From positions 13,959,675 through 14,023,674 of the forward strand of contig OZ037768.1 of assembly GCA_964035545.1 (NCBI GenBank): a stretch of 64,000 bases of DNA, read 5' to 3'. Source of the stretch: Bugula neritina. Taxonomy: Eukaryota > Animalia > Bryozoa. Shown in pieces: positions 40,001 to 54,700 of this stretch. Both the position numbers and the translations under genes were made by a program. Below the pieces are notes generated by a model. It was not told the origin of the DNA, did no database searches, and worked only from the letters and a program-made list of their open reading frames with translations. Each line of letters starts with the position of its first letter. Position 1 is the stretch's first letter.

Positions 40001-43000
40001 TCACATGCAATTATTCAAGCAAATGGGTAGAAGAAAGGGTAGTGAACTGTTATCTGCTCACACATAAATGACAAAGAAACTAATCAACATTTAACACATA
40101 TTCAGCCACTTAACAGTCTTTTATATCACTGGAAAGATTTTCAGTAGAACTATTAAGGGGTCCACAAACGAGCGAAGTTAATTGAAACTCTGCACTTTTC
40201 TCAGCAAAGCAACACATCTTTAGACTCACTGAATCTATAAGTCATAAAGAGTTGTGCATCAAAAATTTAATTTCGTAATATGAAAGGGCAAAGGAATACA
40301 GCGTGTAAGATTAACTGATACTTTAATAATCTGTTGTAGGCACGTTTTTCTTATTGTATTTTTACAAAGTACAAAATATTATGGTGGTTAGGATTGATAA
40401 GTCTCTAGCTCAAGAACAGCAGGGAATAGAGTATTTTTTTAGCAAGTATTCAACTTAGCAATAGAAAAATATTGGCTAGGGGTTTTGGTATGTCAAACAT
40501 TGAAATGGAATGTTTTTAAAAATATTTAGGAAATCAGTGAGTTAATAAGCTATTAAAGATTTTGAATAGTTAGTAGATATAGCAAAGACAAGATAGGCTA
40601 CACAACTACCCTGAACTGTAGCTCTTACCTCTTAGATACAGCACAAAACTACAACATATTGATTCATTACAATACAGCAAAGCATATAAGCAATAAGCAA
40701 CTTGAACATTGCATCCTATCTTGGTAAGTGATGCCACCATTGCATAAACATCACATTATACATTCTGAAAAGGAAGTTTGTATAAATTTAGCAAGACATT
40801 TATTAGAGGTAGGTGCATTAATGGAGAAATTGAGAAAAGCCTGTGTTCTAGATTAAAAATGTAGCAAAAGAAGTTATGTTCTCACAAAATTTCCAACCCG
40901 CGCCCCAAACTAAAATTTAATGATAAAATTAAAGGATTTAGGCTATCTTGATTTCTCCACTACTGCTCCTATGTGACTTATTGGCAACTCTAATTCTTCA
41001 TTCCAGGTGATGCTAAAGAGTTGAACTTACTTTACATTGGCAGTGGCCACTCACGGCATGACAGGTGTCAGTCGTGCTGCCGACATCACTGCAGGCACAC
41101 CTGGAGCACCCATTTGCTGTCAAGTTGTAGTAAGTGGGGACACAACTATCACATCTTCCATTACCAACTCCTTGTTTACATGGACAGAGCCCTGATGATT
41201 GGTCACACTGTGTGTCTACTGATCCTTCAGAGTGACATTCACAAGCCTGTATAGCATATATAATCAGATGAAGATGGGTTTTACTGTATAATGTGAATGT
41301 ATGCAACACTCAGCTATTCATACGCCTCACATTTCTATATGTTGCTGGCAAGTGTATCTATTTTTGTTCATAATAAGTACTTTGCACAGACTTATAGTGC
41401 AAATTTATAAAACAAATAGCTTTATTATTGAATCTAGGGATACAAAGCAGGGGCAGAACTTTACTTGAGTTACCTGGCAACCACTAGGTGACCAACCCCA
41501 GAAGTCTTTGATACATCTCTCACAGTAGAACCCTTCTGTTGTTAGTGAGCAGCTGCATTCCCCAGTGATGATGTCACACAATTTACTTGTTCCAGCACAA
41601 TTGCAAGCTGACAAAATACAAGTAGTGCGTGACAAAATTAAAGAACATACTTCAACGGCATAGAACTACTGTATAGAGTAAGAATAGTTTTCCATGTTAG
41701 ATATTACAACAGTAATGCAAAATTCCAATAATGTTTTTCTAATCCTATTGTCTAGAAATGATTGGATATTGTTCGCTACAAAAATGCTTCAGTGTTCAGA
41801 GCTCCACTCCAAAAGCTGGATTTTCTCATTTTAAATCTCATCACATAACCAAGAATTTAACTCAGAGTCAACCAGTCTATGAAATAAAGTAGTAAAGATT
41901 CCATAAACTTACTCTTTACAATCTTTAATTTACACTGAATTAATAACTTTGTATGGTGTTATTTTTTGTAAATACAATATTATGGGTTAATAACTTTATT
42001 ACACATTTCCGGCTAATAAATGAAATGACCAGTTTTATATCTATAGAATACCAGGTATTTTAAGGGCATCCTAAATGGTAACTCTCATATAATACATACG
42101 CTGACAGCCATTAGATGTGTAGTTGAAGAACCCAGGAATACACATATCACAGGCACGACCAGTGACCCCTGACTTGCATTCACAAGCACCCCCTCTCTGG
42201 ATACAAGTGGCAGAGAAGCTACCAGTTACGTTGCAATCACATGGTCTACCTTCCCCATAGTATGAAAGAGATGTAGAGAATATGTAGTCTTCGCAAGTCT
42301 TACTGAGCACCTTTCCTGTTGATCTGCATATAACACACTATGCAAAAATTATATAAATAATATTCTATTTAAACTATTACATATACAGTATATTTCTCAC
42401 CAGAACAGCTTTAACCACATACTGTTACAAAATTATACTTCATATGTCAAACTCCGGTTTCTTATATTTTATTTTTTTCATCTAACTTTTAAGACAGAGC
42501 GCAGCAAACCTTGTTGAAAGATCACATTCAGAGAGAGTACTTGGTGATACATCGACTCCATCTCCAGTTATAAACTCTTGTGGGACCATAACAACAGAGT
42601 CAATCAGTAAACTAGTGTTAGAAGATAGACTGATAAACATGACATCTCCAGATACTGCCAGCAAACTCCTGTCTAACAGCCGGCTATAGCACCAGTTTCC
42701 TTCACACGGACCATGTATCAACCCACTCTGTACAACTATACAATACAGATCCCAATACAATAGCAGCTCATGCTGGATTAATCATCTAATATTGACACTT
42801 TCTATTACTAATAGTGAGTACTATAAATTAACATTGACATGTTCTACAACTATTAGTGAGTGCTATTAACTCATGCAAGTCTATAGTCACCATCCCTGTG
42901 AGAAAACCCTGATGGAAGGTTTTTTTGTTAAATCGGGCTAAGGACTTATTCAAATGGGGCACAGGAGCAATTGTGACTGGATGCTCTTCATAACATTCCT

Positions 43001-46000
43001 AATGGCCTTTTTCGACGTTCGAACCCATGACTTCGTGATTACTAGGCAAATGCTTTAACCCCTATACCACGGCTGCTCCCTAGTGAGTGCTATTAACTAA
43101 CATTGACATATTCTATAACTGATAGTGTGTGCTATTAATGTTGAAGTTTAGATGCACATATGACTATAAAGGTGAATACCTTGTGAATGCACGGCCATGC
43201 TGGTTTCAGTAGAGATAGTGAAGTTAGAAGAATACCTCATGTACACACTAAACTCGCCAAGGACACTTTGTTCAGGTGCACCATGAGGAAAATGTAATTC
43301 TGCACTCCAGCTATTAATAACCTAAAGTACACATTCTATGGCTATGGAGCATAAAAGTGTTTTAAATTAGAAATTATGCAGTTTCAGAAGTGTAATATTT
43401 AAAATATTAACCTAATTTTCTGTGAACTTCAAAAAAATATGTTTAAATGGTATATTTATATGCTATTGAGTGCTTCTTAAAAAATCATCAAAAAAGTTTA
43501 ATTTTTAAAATGATGGAATAACTTAGTCTACATAAATAAAAATATGTATTTAAAAGCCCAATACACAACATACAGTAATAATATAGAAACACAGCGTACA
43601 CATACTATACAGTAGCTATAGTTAATATATAGAAATACAGCGTACACATACTATACAGTAGCTATAGTTAATATAGAAATACAGCATACACATACTATAC
43701 AGTAGCTATAGTTAATATAGAAATACAGCATACACATACTATACAGTAGCTATAGTTAATATAGAAATACAGCATACACATACTATACAGTAGCTATAGT
43801 TAATATATAGAAATACAGCGTACACATACTATACAGTAGCTATAGTTAATATATAGAAATACAGCATACACATACTATACAGTAGCTATAGTTAATATAG
43901 AAATACAGCATACACATACTATACAGTAGCTATAGTTAATATAGAAATACAGCATACACATACTATACAGTAGCTATAGTTAATATAGAAATACAGCATA
44001 CACATACTATACAGTAGCTATAGTTAATATAGAAATACAGCATACACATACTATACAGTAGCTATAGTTAATATACAAATACAGCATACACATACTATAC
44101 AGTAGTTATAGTTAATATAGAAATACAGCATACACATACTATACAGTAGCTATAGTTAATATAGAAATACGGCATACACATACTATACAGTAGCTATAGT
44201 TTTTATAGAAATACAGCATACACATACTATACAGTAGCTATAGTTAATATAGAAATACAGCATACACATACTATACAGTAGCTATAGTTAATATAGAAAT
44301 ACAGCATACACATACTATACAGTAGCTATAGTTAATATACAAATACAGCATACACATACCTTGACACATTCTTCACCTAAAAACTCCAGCACAACCACTG
44401 AATCACTTGACTGAAGATGAAGTTCTGGCTGAATGCTGAGAAAATCAATGTCAGGATAATAGTAGCCGTCTAACATTCTGCAAACACCAACACTGAATAA
44501 TGACAATCTATATATAGTATATACCAAATATATGTAAGTCTATTACAGACTAACCCACTAACACTTCCAAGTAGTTTTCATGCAGTGAAAACAAATGTTA
44601 TAGCAGAAAATAGTTATAAATTTATCCTTAGTGACTGTAGGAGCTTTGCAAGTTTTCTAAACTAAGCATTTCTATAAGTTAAATATATTATATAGATACG
44701 TGATTGAAGATATTAGTTGGTATTGAAGTAGAAAAGTGAGTGGCAGGTTGACAATGTTGTTACTGTAAAATAAATTTTACTCATAAGAATGCTTATCGAA
44801 ACAAGAAACTAATCAACAATAAAGTCTCGCCTTTCAAGCCATACAAGACGCTATACACCATACCTTTTCAATTCAACTTTTTACAGCCTACCTGGAAATT
44901 ATCTGGAAATACCACACATTTTCATCAACATTCGTGTTAACACAAGTTTACCAATTTTAGTGAGTGAAACGTTATTCTACACACTGCTGACTGCCTAGAG
45001 CTGGCAATGCGGTTGAATTGAACATCCCAATACTCACTGATTGCAGGTGAGACCCTGAATGGTTGGTCTACAGTCACACTGACCAGAGATCTTGTCACAT
45101 ACAGGGGAAGAACTAGACCCACTCATGCAGTTGCAAGCATCACATCCTGCATATAACATAATGTTAACAAGGTTAAACTAAACTACTAGAGATCAGTTAG
45201 CAATGAAACACATGTGATTCTTTAGATAGGAAATGAAACAAGCTGTTGGAAAAAAATTCCAGCAAAGCAGTTTTCCTAGTTTAGAAGCCGATGTGAACCA
45301 AAAACTAGAGAATATGTTGATTTTCTACGTTCAACATGAAACACTTTACAAGTACAGGTAGTTCAACCCACCCTGAGGATTTGATTGCTGCAGATTATAA
45401 TAGGTGTCTGTACATTCATCACAGAGGTAACCTGCAACTCGACTTTTACATCTACACTCTCCAGTTTGAGAGTCACATATATTGTCATCATTCTCCACAC
45501 CAGGAAGATAACACTGACACTCTATACAAGGAAAGTAAAAAATTATGTTTTATTTATACTGCATGAAAGAAACCAGCTTTTAACAAAAACTTAGTAAATT
45601 GTAAATAAACAGAAATAGAGTTTTTGTTTCTTATATGGAAAATTAAAAATAAAAACAATAAAATGTGCCTTCAATGTGATCCAAATAAAATATTTTTTAT
45701 ATTAATTGATGAACATTTTGGTTAGTAAAAACATGTCATATAGTTAAATCATGTAACCACTGTAGTACAGGAGCTATACAACACCTTGGCAGCCATGAGG
45801 GTTCTCTACAGTCAAATTATAGTACGAAGGCAGACACTGATCACATCTTCGGCCATTAACATACTGCTTACAAAAGCAATCACCAGGTTGCTAAAATAAC
45901 AGGAATAGTGTTTGAACCTAGGAAAAATCATAAATTAAAAGGACAGGAAAGACTTTTAACAACAATACTTTATTCATCTCAAGTTTACACAATAATTAGT

Positions 46001-49000
46001 ATTTTTATAATATAAGTGATAAACTATCAAATTGTAAGATAAAATTCAGTTATTGTGTTATAGCCAATAATTTCAATTAAAAAACAATTTAGCCTACCAT
46101 TAGTCTATTGAGATGGTTAATTGGTAAAGGTGAGTCATTGTTGATCACACAATCACCTATCTGTTTAGAGACAGGATTCATGATGATCCCTTCCACAGCA
46201 CAGTCACACGGTAAACAAGGGTGGGAGTCATTCTGAGCAACGCCTGCTGGCCTGTAGTAATACTCCTCACATGTTTCACAGTTGATGCCTAAATTCACAT
46301 CAAATTTGTCTGTAAAATCATTACTTTGTATAGAGCAGGCTTGTCTATAAAAGCTACATATTTGTTCATTTTATTGCTAAGTGCAATACAGCTTACCAGA
46401 TGTTTCATGCAGGCAGTTAATGCAAACACCACCACCAGTATAACTGCCGAACATATTTAGACTCAGACCCAAGCTAGCTACAGTCTCATTGTATGTGCAG
46501 AGATCGGCATGCCCATAACATTGACAAGCTACAATGTAAAGACAAAATTATTAAATATAAAGCTACCAGATACACAAGTACAAAGCCAGTAAAATTGTTT
46601 TGTTCTGTTTTGGTGATGAGTTAGGAAAATAGTATCTGCGCATACATTTACATTTACATTCTAAACACAAACTTATTTTTGCTGACTCTGAGGGTTAAAT
46701 GACACAATGTAAATAATGATATTATCAATAAACTGACCAGCAACTGCTCAAAATAAGTATATATATTATCATACAGGTGCCCAATGTTAATTGATGAACA
46801 ATTAAAATTTAGAAACAAGACATACAGAGCTGAACAATCAGGCAAACACAGATTTTTTTAAATATCACCCCCCCCCCCCCCCCCAAGCAAGTATATAAGC
46901 AAGTATTGTATACCTTCACAGTTCTGTCCAGCTTCATATAATTGTTGATTGTAAAGAGGGAAACATCTCTCACAGAAATCTCCTTCAGTATTACCACCAC
47001 ATATGCATTCATACCTATCCGTAATGTTGCTTCTAACACACTGAGTGTTCAGGTCATTACATGTGCACCTTGCAAACACTTGTAACTCACTAACTGTATA
47101 ATGTTGCTACAAAATCATGTCACACAACGTAAACAAAACATTTTTCTAACCATTTTAAAAGCTTTAGTTTTCATTCACATCACATAATAGTATTTCGTAC
47201 TGAGCTAAACATACAAACTTATTTCCACTGATCCCAAGGGTCAGATGCATCTCATAGAATTGAAATCTTAGAAACTTCCCTCTTTTCCACACTGGTTGAG
47301 AAAAGTGAGAGAAATCAAACACCACCTACAGCAGAACACAGGCATCACCACAAAGTACTTAGTGTAGTTGCTACAACTTGAGAAGCATTTACTTATTGTT
47401 TTGAAACTTGCTTTAAATGATAAAAAGTGGCCATCTTAGATGTCATTAAATAAATTAATCTATTCTGTAAGCACTGCATTATTAATCATTTTCATACATA
47501 TTGTTGTGATTAATAAAATACATCTAGTACCAACTCTGTTAGTAGATTTGTGAATATTATAATGATTTTACAATGAAGTTTATATAATTTATTCAGTATA
47601 TAAGTTGTTTTGTTGCAGTCACTGAAATGAGAACTATAAAATGTAAGATAAAAGAAATAAGATTGTGTATTTATTCTCTGTACACAGTAGAAATACAATA
47701 AGACAAACATGCAAAATAAGGATGATTAACATAGCAAATAATCTTACATAATTCATTAATAAGACACTTCTGCCTTTGTTTATATGTCTGATGGATGTAT
47801 TGTTTATTTAATAAAAAGCCTTTCAATTACTTCAAATGTGCTTTTACACCACCAACTTTCAGCCCACAGCTTTCCTTAGAGTCATCACCAAAATATTATA
47901 TTGAATATAATAGAACTATATAATTGATTACGAAAGATAGGCTACCTGTTCGTTTCTATTTGCCATAGATTTGCCATAACTGGAACACACATAATCATCA
48001 TCATCTGTTGGCAAAGAAGACAACTTCACTCCAAAATAAGTCAAGCATTCTGTCTCAATGGAAACTTTGTAAGCAAATGCAGTCCAGTCTCTCCTATTAA
48101 CTGATTTAGATACAGAAATGTGATTAGGCCTCTTTGAGTCTGCCATTGTGATGATGAGCTTCTCCAAAAGAAATTCCTATAAGGTTAAAACAATATTAAT
48201 AGAATTGAAATATTACTCATATTGCTTGTTGGAAGTCAAACAGGACACATATGAGTATAAAACAACAACCTGCAGAAGATCAATCTCAATTATTGTGTCA
48301 AGATTCTTATCTCCCAGCAATGGGTCAGCATAAAGGAGACGTCTAGATGCACTCTGCCAGTATGTTTCCACAGATCCATCTACCATGTTGCTGGCAGGGT
48401 AGTCACCAGCTGAGCATGTTTTCTGAACTCTCTCTGACGCAGACCATAAGGCCTCTGTGTGGTTGTAGTATATCTGGTAAGTTATTACAATGCAGTATAA
48501 ACCATTCGAACAGAAAATGTTTTGGCCCCTTATGAAAAAAAACTACACTCTAACAAAATTAACCAACTTCAAACTGATTGGCAAGTCACACAATTATCAA
48601 CCATTTATAGCAACCTAGATAAAAAGGCATTATTTGAATTTCAAGTAGAGTAGGTTAATTTTATTAGCATTCTTCAACATTGAAAGATGAAATAATTATT
48701 GCAGCTATATACGCCCAACTAATAAAAATTTGAGCTTTCAACTTCATTAGTAAACATCACCTCTCCTGTAATTACTTTACTCGGTTTGGTAGTTTGGGAA
48801 GTAATTATCTATCACTATTAATATATAACTATTAATAGTAACAATTGAATATTCCCAGAAATTGCATGTGCATAATTTAGTTCATCCAGTAATTCTAGTG
48901 ATCACTCAATATACATATGCTTTACCCTCCTAGACACACTTCACCATATCATAGGCCGTAACAGCAAATGTCAGCCATTTTTAGAAATTTCCAATGAGAT

Positions 49001-50486
49001 GTCATAGATCGTACACAATAGCGCACTTTGAGAACTTCAGCCCAGACACATTAAAAATGGCTGACATTTTACTTTGCGGCCAAAGTGTGTCTAGGCCCTA
49101 CGGGGGAGGGGGGGTAACCTAAATAGTAACTCTCATATAATACATACGCTGACAGCCATTAGATGTGTAGTTGAAGAACCCAGGAGTACACATATCACAT
49201 ATAGTTGTCCAACTGCTAGAGTCTAGACGTTATATAAGTAATGCAGTCACGCATAAACAAGTTTATATTGACAAAATTACTTATTCATAATAAATGATAA
49301 ATAAGTGGCTAGATCACAGAAATATTGTAATGCTTTATTAAAAGAATAAATTTTACTGGCAAGAACTAAAGCTATTACAGTAAATTAAAACTTTTACTAC
49401 CGAACACCAAGTCTACTGTAGTCAATTAATACCAAAGCCAGTAAGTATTCAGTAGCAGATAAAGTTTTAGTGAAGAGCAAGAAACCCATCAGTTCCTTGG
49501 GCTATTGTAGTCTGCCATGATTTCTTATAGTGGGGGGGAGTAGTTATTACCCAGAGAAGTTAGCTATGCAGCTAGCACTGATAGGAAGTTATAGGACTAA
49601 TAGGAATAAACTGTCACTACAGCTGAATGACACACTGTATAATGCTGAGACATGCCAGGTTATCAGGCTTAGAGCTGCAGAATGTGAAGTAATGGATAAC
49701 AACTAGATTGGTAGATTACCCACAACTTTTTGCTAACAACTAATTGGGTGCTACCCGTAATAGTTAACAAAACTTCCAAACTGAGAGTAAAACTCAGATT
49801 TTACTGTTAACGAAGTTCAATCAAGCCTAAGCTAATATTCACGTACGGCATACCTTTACATAATTTAGGAAAAATGGTATTACAGTAAATCACTGCAATA
49901 TTTTGCATATATAATAGCCGAACATTTAACCTTCTACTTAACACACCGCATTAAAAAATCTGATGACCTTTCAGAAATAAATACAGATAAATTTGTATCA
50001 ATTTGAAAAAAATTAAGTAACTGCCAAATATCCTGTAACTGTAGTTGCGTGAAATCATATTTTTTAAATGTATGTTTGAAAAACAATTCAATAGTATATG
50101 TATAACTACAATATACATGACTACGCAAAATTATAATTTCATATATAACTTGCTAGTCCAAGATTCACATGATAGCTTATATAAGAAAAATTACAAATTT
50201 TAATGCACATGTGCATGTAAATTCAAAATGTGATTTCTAAAATTGATACACTTTGAATTAAATGAGAAAGCAAACATTTTGGTAACATCATGCACAGATG
50301 AAAAACTATACCTCAAACTTGTAGTTGTCTTACCTCATCTCCAAAGTCCCCACATGTATACTTTGCTGTGACATTCCTCAATAAAGCTACATTTAATGCT
50401 TCCACAGCAGCACAAAATGGAATAAAAATAGAGACAAATATGCTGAGGACATTCATGATTGTTACACCATGGCACCAATTCCACAT
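20799..50486 (-). CDS. Divergent laminin alpha-like chain: signal peptide-LN-LE-LF-LE-L4-LE-coiled coil-5 LG; about 45 exons
   Basis: SP/LN exons 50334-50486, 48270-48473 (YWQS), 47946-48176, 47215-47325, 46914-47106; LE with GGGVCINC ~46400; LF ~44478-42250 (LIDSVVMVP); LE 42100-39545; L4 39167-37774 (VEECDCGIGYEGLSCE); LE 37520-34460; coiled coil ~33794-29300; LG1-5 ~29290-20799 (FAGCL, LYVGG, INGCV). Confidence 0.9.
21718..22026. repeat. (TA)n arrays flanking a 160-bp repeat fragment containing a perfect 52-bp-arm hairpin (21839-21890 / 21894-21945)
   Basis: Palindrome read directly; 21782-21885 is a reverse-complement homologue of ~51565-51670. Confidence 0.85.
22628..22845 (+). mobile_element. 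tRNA-derived SINE, copy 1
   Basis: A box TGGTCTAGGGG, B box GGTTCGAACCC, T-tail, 17-bp TSD ATTGTCTATAATTTCCA (22611-27 / 22846-62); second copy at 42871-43080. Confidence 0.9.
23936..24147. repeat. ~20-bp minisatellite (gtatactgtatgtagtatgt)
   Basis: About 10 visible units in a laminin intron. Confidence 0.9.
26698..28083 (-). mobile_element. 5'-truncated RTE (BovB-like) LINE
   Basis: AFIDLTKALD, VKQGCVLAPTLF, MLFADD, FTYLGS, C-terminal CDLC...GLHSH knuckle; stop codons present; 9-bp TSD ATATTTTGA (26689-97 / 28084-92). Confidence 0.9.
28787..28988. repeat. (CA)n-rich microsatellite
   Basis: Visible. Confidence 0.9.
30190..30302. repeat. ~36-bp tandem repeat, 3 copies
   Basis: cactatcatgtaggta..tgtcacatgcagtatataca units. 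Confidence 0.75.
33790..34036. repeat. ~31-33-bp tandem repeat abutting a laminin splice acceptor
   Basis: tatagcacattatatagcatagttacgct / cattctacatatagcac units. Confidence 0.88.
42871..43080 (-). mobile_element. tRNA-derived SINE, copy 2
   Basis: Reverse-complement homologue of 22628-22845; ~17-bp TSD TAGTGAGTGCTATTAAC (42854-70 / 43081-97); inserted in a short ~40-bp tandem array. Confidence 0.9.
43580..44358. repeat. 44-46-bp minisatellite, ~17 copies
   Basis: atatagaaatacagcatacacatactatacagtagctatagtta units; the last unit provides the laminin splice donor at 44358. Confidence 0.95.
48925..49114. mobile_element. MITE-like element
   Basis: Imperfect TIRs CCCTCCTAGACACACTT..GGCCG..AAATGTCAGCCATTTTTA / TAAAAATGGCTGACATTT..CGGCC..AAGTGTGTCTAGG..GGG, TA on both sides. 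Confidence 0.65.
49118..49199 (-). repeat. Ectopic 82-bp copy of a laminin LE exon end plus splice donor (42070-42151)
   Basis: 80/82 identity, same orientation. Confidence 0.92.
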
Positions 50487-51281
50487 CTTCTACTCAACTA
50501 TAAAACAAAGTGCATTTATTAATTATTCTCACATATAATACCAAGATTAAAAAATGAAAGTATATGGTTGCGATAAATACTTCATAACATAATATCAAAT
50601 TATCTGATTTTAGCAAACCATAAATTTTTTGTCTGCCAGCAATTATGAGGAAATTCACAATCATAACATAATGCTAACAGCTACAAGCATCATCACTTGT
50701 TTAAGTATTTTAAGATTGGACACTTCAACAACATTTTGATCAGAGTAAAAGGAATCATGAAAAATCTAGTAATTTATAGCTCAACCTTACTGCAAATATA
50801 AAATATTGCTCCAGTGATGTCACTGAATGCTTTTGAAAAATTGTAAAAATTCGAAAGGAATAAAAGCATCAAGAGACTGGTAAAAATTGTAGGTTAGCAC
50901 AGTTGGCGTGGATAACGATATAATCAAAGTTTAAAAGCCAAGTGTAATGTTGAGAAGGGAAATGATAGAGTGAACAAAAATTAGCATGTGCAGTTTTAGC
51001 ATTAAACAAGTTAAACTAGAAAAGTTTAAACAGATTTGAAACCATTCGATTGTTAGATGAAACTTAAAGGAACAAATATTTATTCTAAAAATGCAATTGG
51101 TATAATGCTCATGAAAACAGATAAGTCCACTGTGAAAAGTAATGTGTGGAGAAGCTAGCAGCGGCTATAAGTAGAAAGGTTTCTCACATCTGGCAGTTTA
51201 ATAAACAAATTACTTTATAAATATCTGATAACTAGTAGTACTACATCCTCTATAAGTACTAGAGGTAGTATTAGTATGCAA

Positions 51282-51785
<504 letters not shown>

Positions 51786-51791
<6 letters not shown>

Positions 51792-54700
51792 GTTCACATC
51801 GAGGCTATTATAATTTTTTAGTTTCAGAGATTATATATATGTTTTCGTGCATGCGTAGTGTTACGCTAGTTAAACTCGTGTGTGAGAATTTTAGTTCAGT
51901 GGAAATAAATTATATTTGATTGCTTATTTAAATCTGAGTGATTCTGCAATTAATACAATACCACACGAATGACAATATAACATTGGCAACGAGTAAGTGT
52001 TAACCTACGTTCTGATAGTATTTATTATGGCTGCAAGCATAGCTATTCCTAGTTTTGGAGAGGGTACAAGAGTGGAGTCTTATTTGGAGAGATTAGACTG
52101 CTATTTTCTGGTTACCAAAACTACAGATGAGAATAGGGTGCCTATTCTACCTATGGGATTACCAGCAACACAGTATCAGACACTTAGAGATTTGGTGTCT
52201 CCTGAAATACCGAAGGATGTTGTTTTTGTTGTTTTACGCAAACTGTTGATCTCACACTATGGCAAAACTACTAATCAGCGCTTGGAACGCACTCAGTTCA
52301 GATCTATCTTTAGGAAGGAAGGTGAAAGCATAGTAGACTTTTAAATCCGGATACGAAAAGCAGCCAGAGACTGTAAGTTTGGTAATCTGTTAGAGGATAA
52401 TTTGTTAAAACAATTTATTGCTGGAGTTAACCATCCAACTCTTACTAGGAAGTTAGTTGAGAAGGCTGACATTACCACACTAGCTGAAGCTATGAAAGTA
52501 GCAGCTACAGCTCAACTACTAGAAGGGGACATGGTTACTGCCGCACCTGCTGCTGCTAATAATGTTGTTGCTAGAGTAACAAATTCTCAGAACGGAAAGA
52601 CGACCACAACTAACAATAATAAGAAGACTCATACTACTTCTACTAGGGACATAATTTGCTTCAGATGTTCTAAGGTTGGACATAAATTTAGTGATGAGAG
52701 TTGCCCGTCTTAAGCAAGACCTGCAGAGATTGCAAGAAGACTGGACATTATGCAAGATCCAAGTACTGCCGTAGTAAGACTACTTCTAAATCTACAATTA
52801 ACACTGTATAGCATACTCTTGTGGAGCCAGTTGTTACTCCAACGGCTGTTAACAGTTTCAGTAATCAGTTTGCAGTTAGAAATGAGAACAGCTACAAGAC
52901 TCCCAAGTGCCAGGCTGCACTTGGTGGTAAAAGAGTGACATTTCTTATAGACTCAGGTGCTGTAGATAATGTTATTGACAAACATACATATGAACTGTTG
53001 AGTAATGACATAGTATTGCAACCTGCTACCAAGAGTTTGTATGCTTTTGGTCAATCAACTCCTTTACCATTGTTGGGCCAGCTTTGTGCAAAAATTACTG
53101 TTAACTCACATACTTCTAATGTTATATTTTATGTTTTTTATGGTAGTGCATGTAATTTTATGAGTGCAGAGACTGCTAGCAAACTTCATGTCATTCATAT
53201 GAAGCCTAACATGTGCAGTGTTACAGACATCAGTGATGCTGAGTTAGATAGTTATGTAAAGCCACAGTACCCAGAATGTTTCCGCGGTGTTGGTAAGCTG
53301 AAAGATGTACAGGTTAAGTTGCATATAGATCCTGAGTGCGAACCAGTTGCCCAACGAGTTAGTTGAGGAGGATATTATTGAGCCAGTGCAGGGTATAGCT
53401 TCTACGTGGGTTAGTCCTTTAGTTGTAGTTTCTATAGAAGGTGATGAGGTTCGACTTTGTGTTGACATGCGTAGAACCAATACTGCTATCATCAGAGAAA
53501 GATATCCAGTCCCTACTATTCAAGAGATGCTTGTAGAGTTGAATAGTGGTCAGGTATTTTCTAAGCTAGATTTGCGTCAGAGTTTCTTTCAGTGTGAGCT
53601 GGAGCCAAGTTCTAGAGACATTACTACTTTTGTTAGCCATGTACGTCTATTTCGTATGAAGAGGCTTAGAATGGGAGTGTCAGCTGCTCCTGAAGTATTC
53701 CAGTACACAATTCAGAAGATTCTCAGTGGTCTTAGTGGTGTCTTAAACAAGGCTGATGACATAGTTGTTTGATAAGAATTCTGAAGAGCACAGAGATAGG
53801 CTAATGCAAGTAATGGCTCGCTTGTCAGAGTGTCACTTAACTTTAAATCCTGTCAAATGTTGCTTTGGTTTGAGTTCCATCAAGTTTCTTGGTTATATTT
53901 TGTCTAGAGATGGCATTTCTCCAGATCCCGGGAAGGTTAAGTCAATTCTTGGTGCTAGACAACCAGAGACGGTCTCTGAGCTCAAGGGGTTCCTAGGTCT
54001 AGTGCAGTTTGTTGGTATGTACGTCAAAGGGTAAGCCACAGTGGCAGCTCCTTTGTGGGACCTCACTAAGCATAAAGTTACTTTTGAGTGGACAGATATA
54101 CCTTAGAAGTCTTTTGAGCAGGTCAAATCTTTGATGGGGTCGAATCAGACTTTAGCTTCCTATGATACAGATGTACCTACTACTGTGATTGCAGATGCTA
54201 GCCCTGTAGGTCTAGGCTGTGTTCCTTATCAAATTCAAGAGGGTGTGCCAAGAGTAGTTGCTTATGGACATAGGCGGCTATCTGATGGGGAGTCCAGATA
54301 TTCACAGATAGAGCATGAGGCACTAAGTCTCATGTGGGCCTGAAAACACTTCAAGATGTACTTACTGGGTACAAAGTTTCGGTTAGTTACAGACCACAAG
54401 CCTCTAGTGAGTATATTTGGTAAGCCTACATCTAAACCGACACCTAGGTTAGAGAGATGGAGTCTGAGACTCCAGGCCTTTGATTTTGTTTTAGAGCATA
54501 AGCCAGTAGCAGTAACATTGCTGATTCTCTATCTCGGTTGAGTGTTTCTAAGGATGATGTTGTGGAACCTTTGACTGATGACTCGTATATATGTACAGTT
54601 GCTAGCATGGCTGTCTCATGTGCTATGAGCTGGTTAGAGATTCAGAATGCAGCTTAGTCTTGTGAGGATAATCAAGCTATACACAAAGCTATTCAGTCAA

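Noticed and set aside
40629-40765. Cys-containing exon-like segment with AG/GT ends in a laminin intron
   Set aside because: Contains stops; flanking exons (41031 and 39686) already splice in phase
43580-44358. CRISPR-like regular array
   Set aside because: No unique spacers; eukaryotic intronic minisatellite
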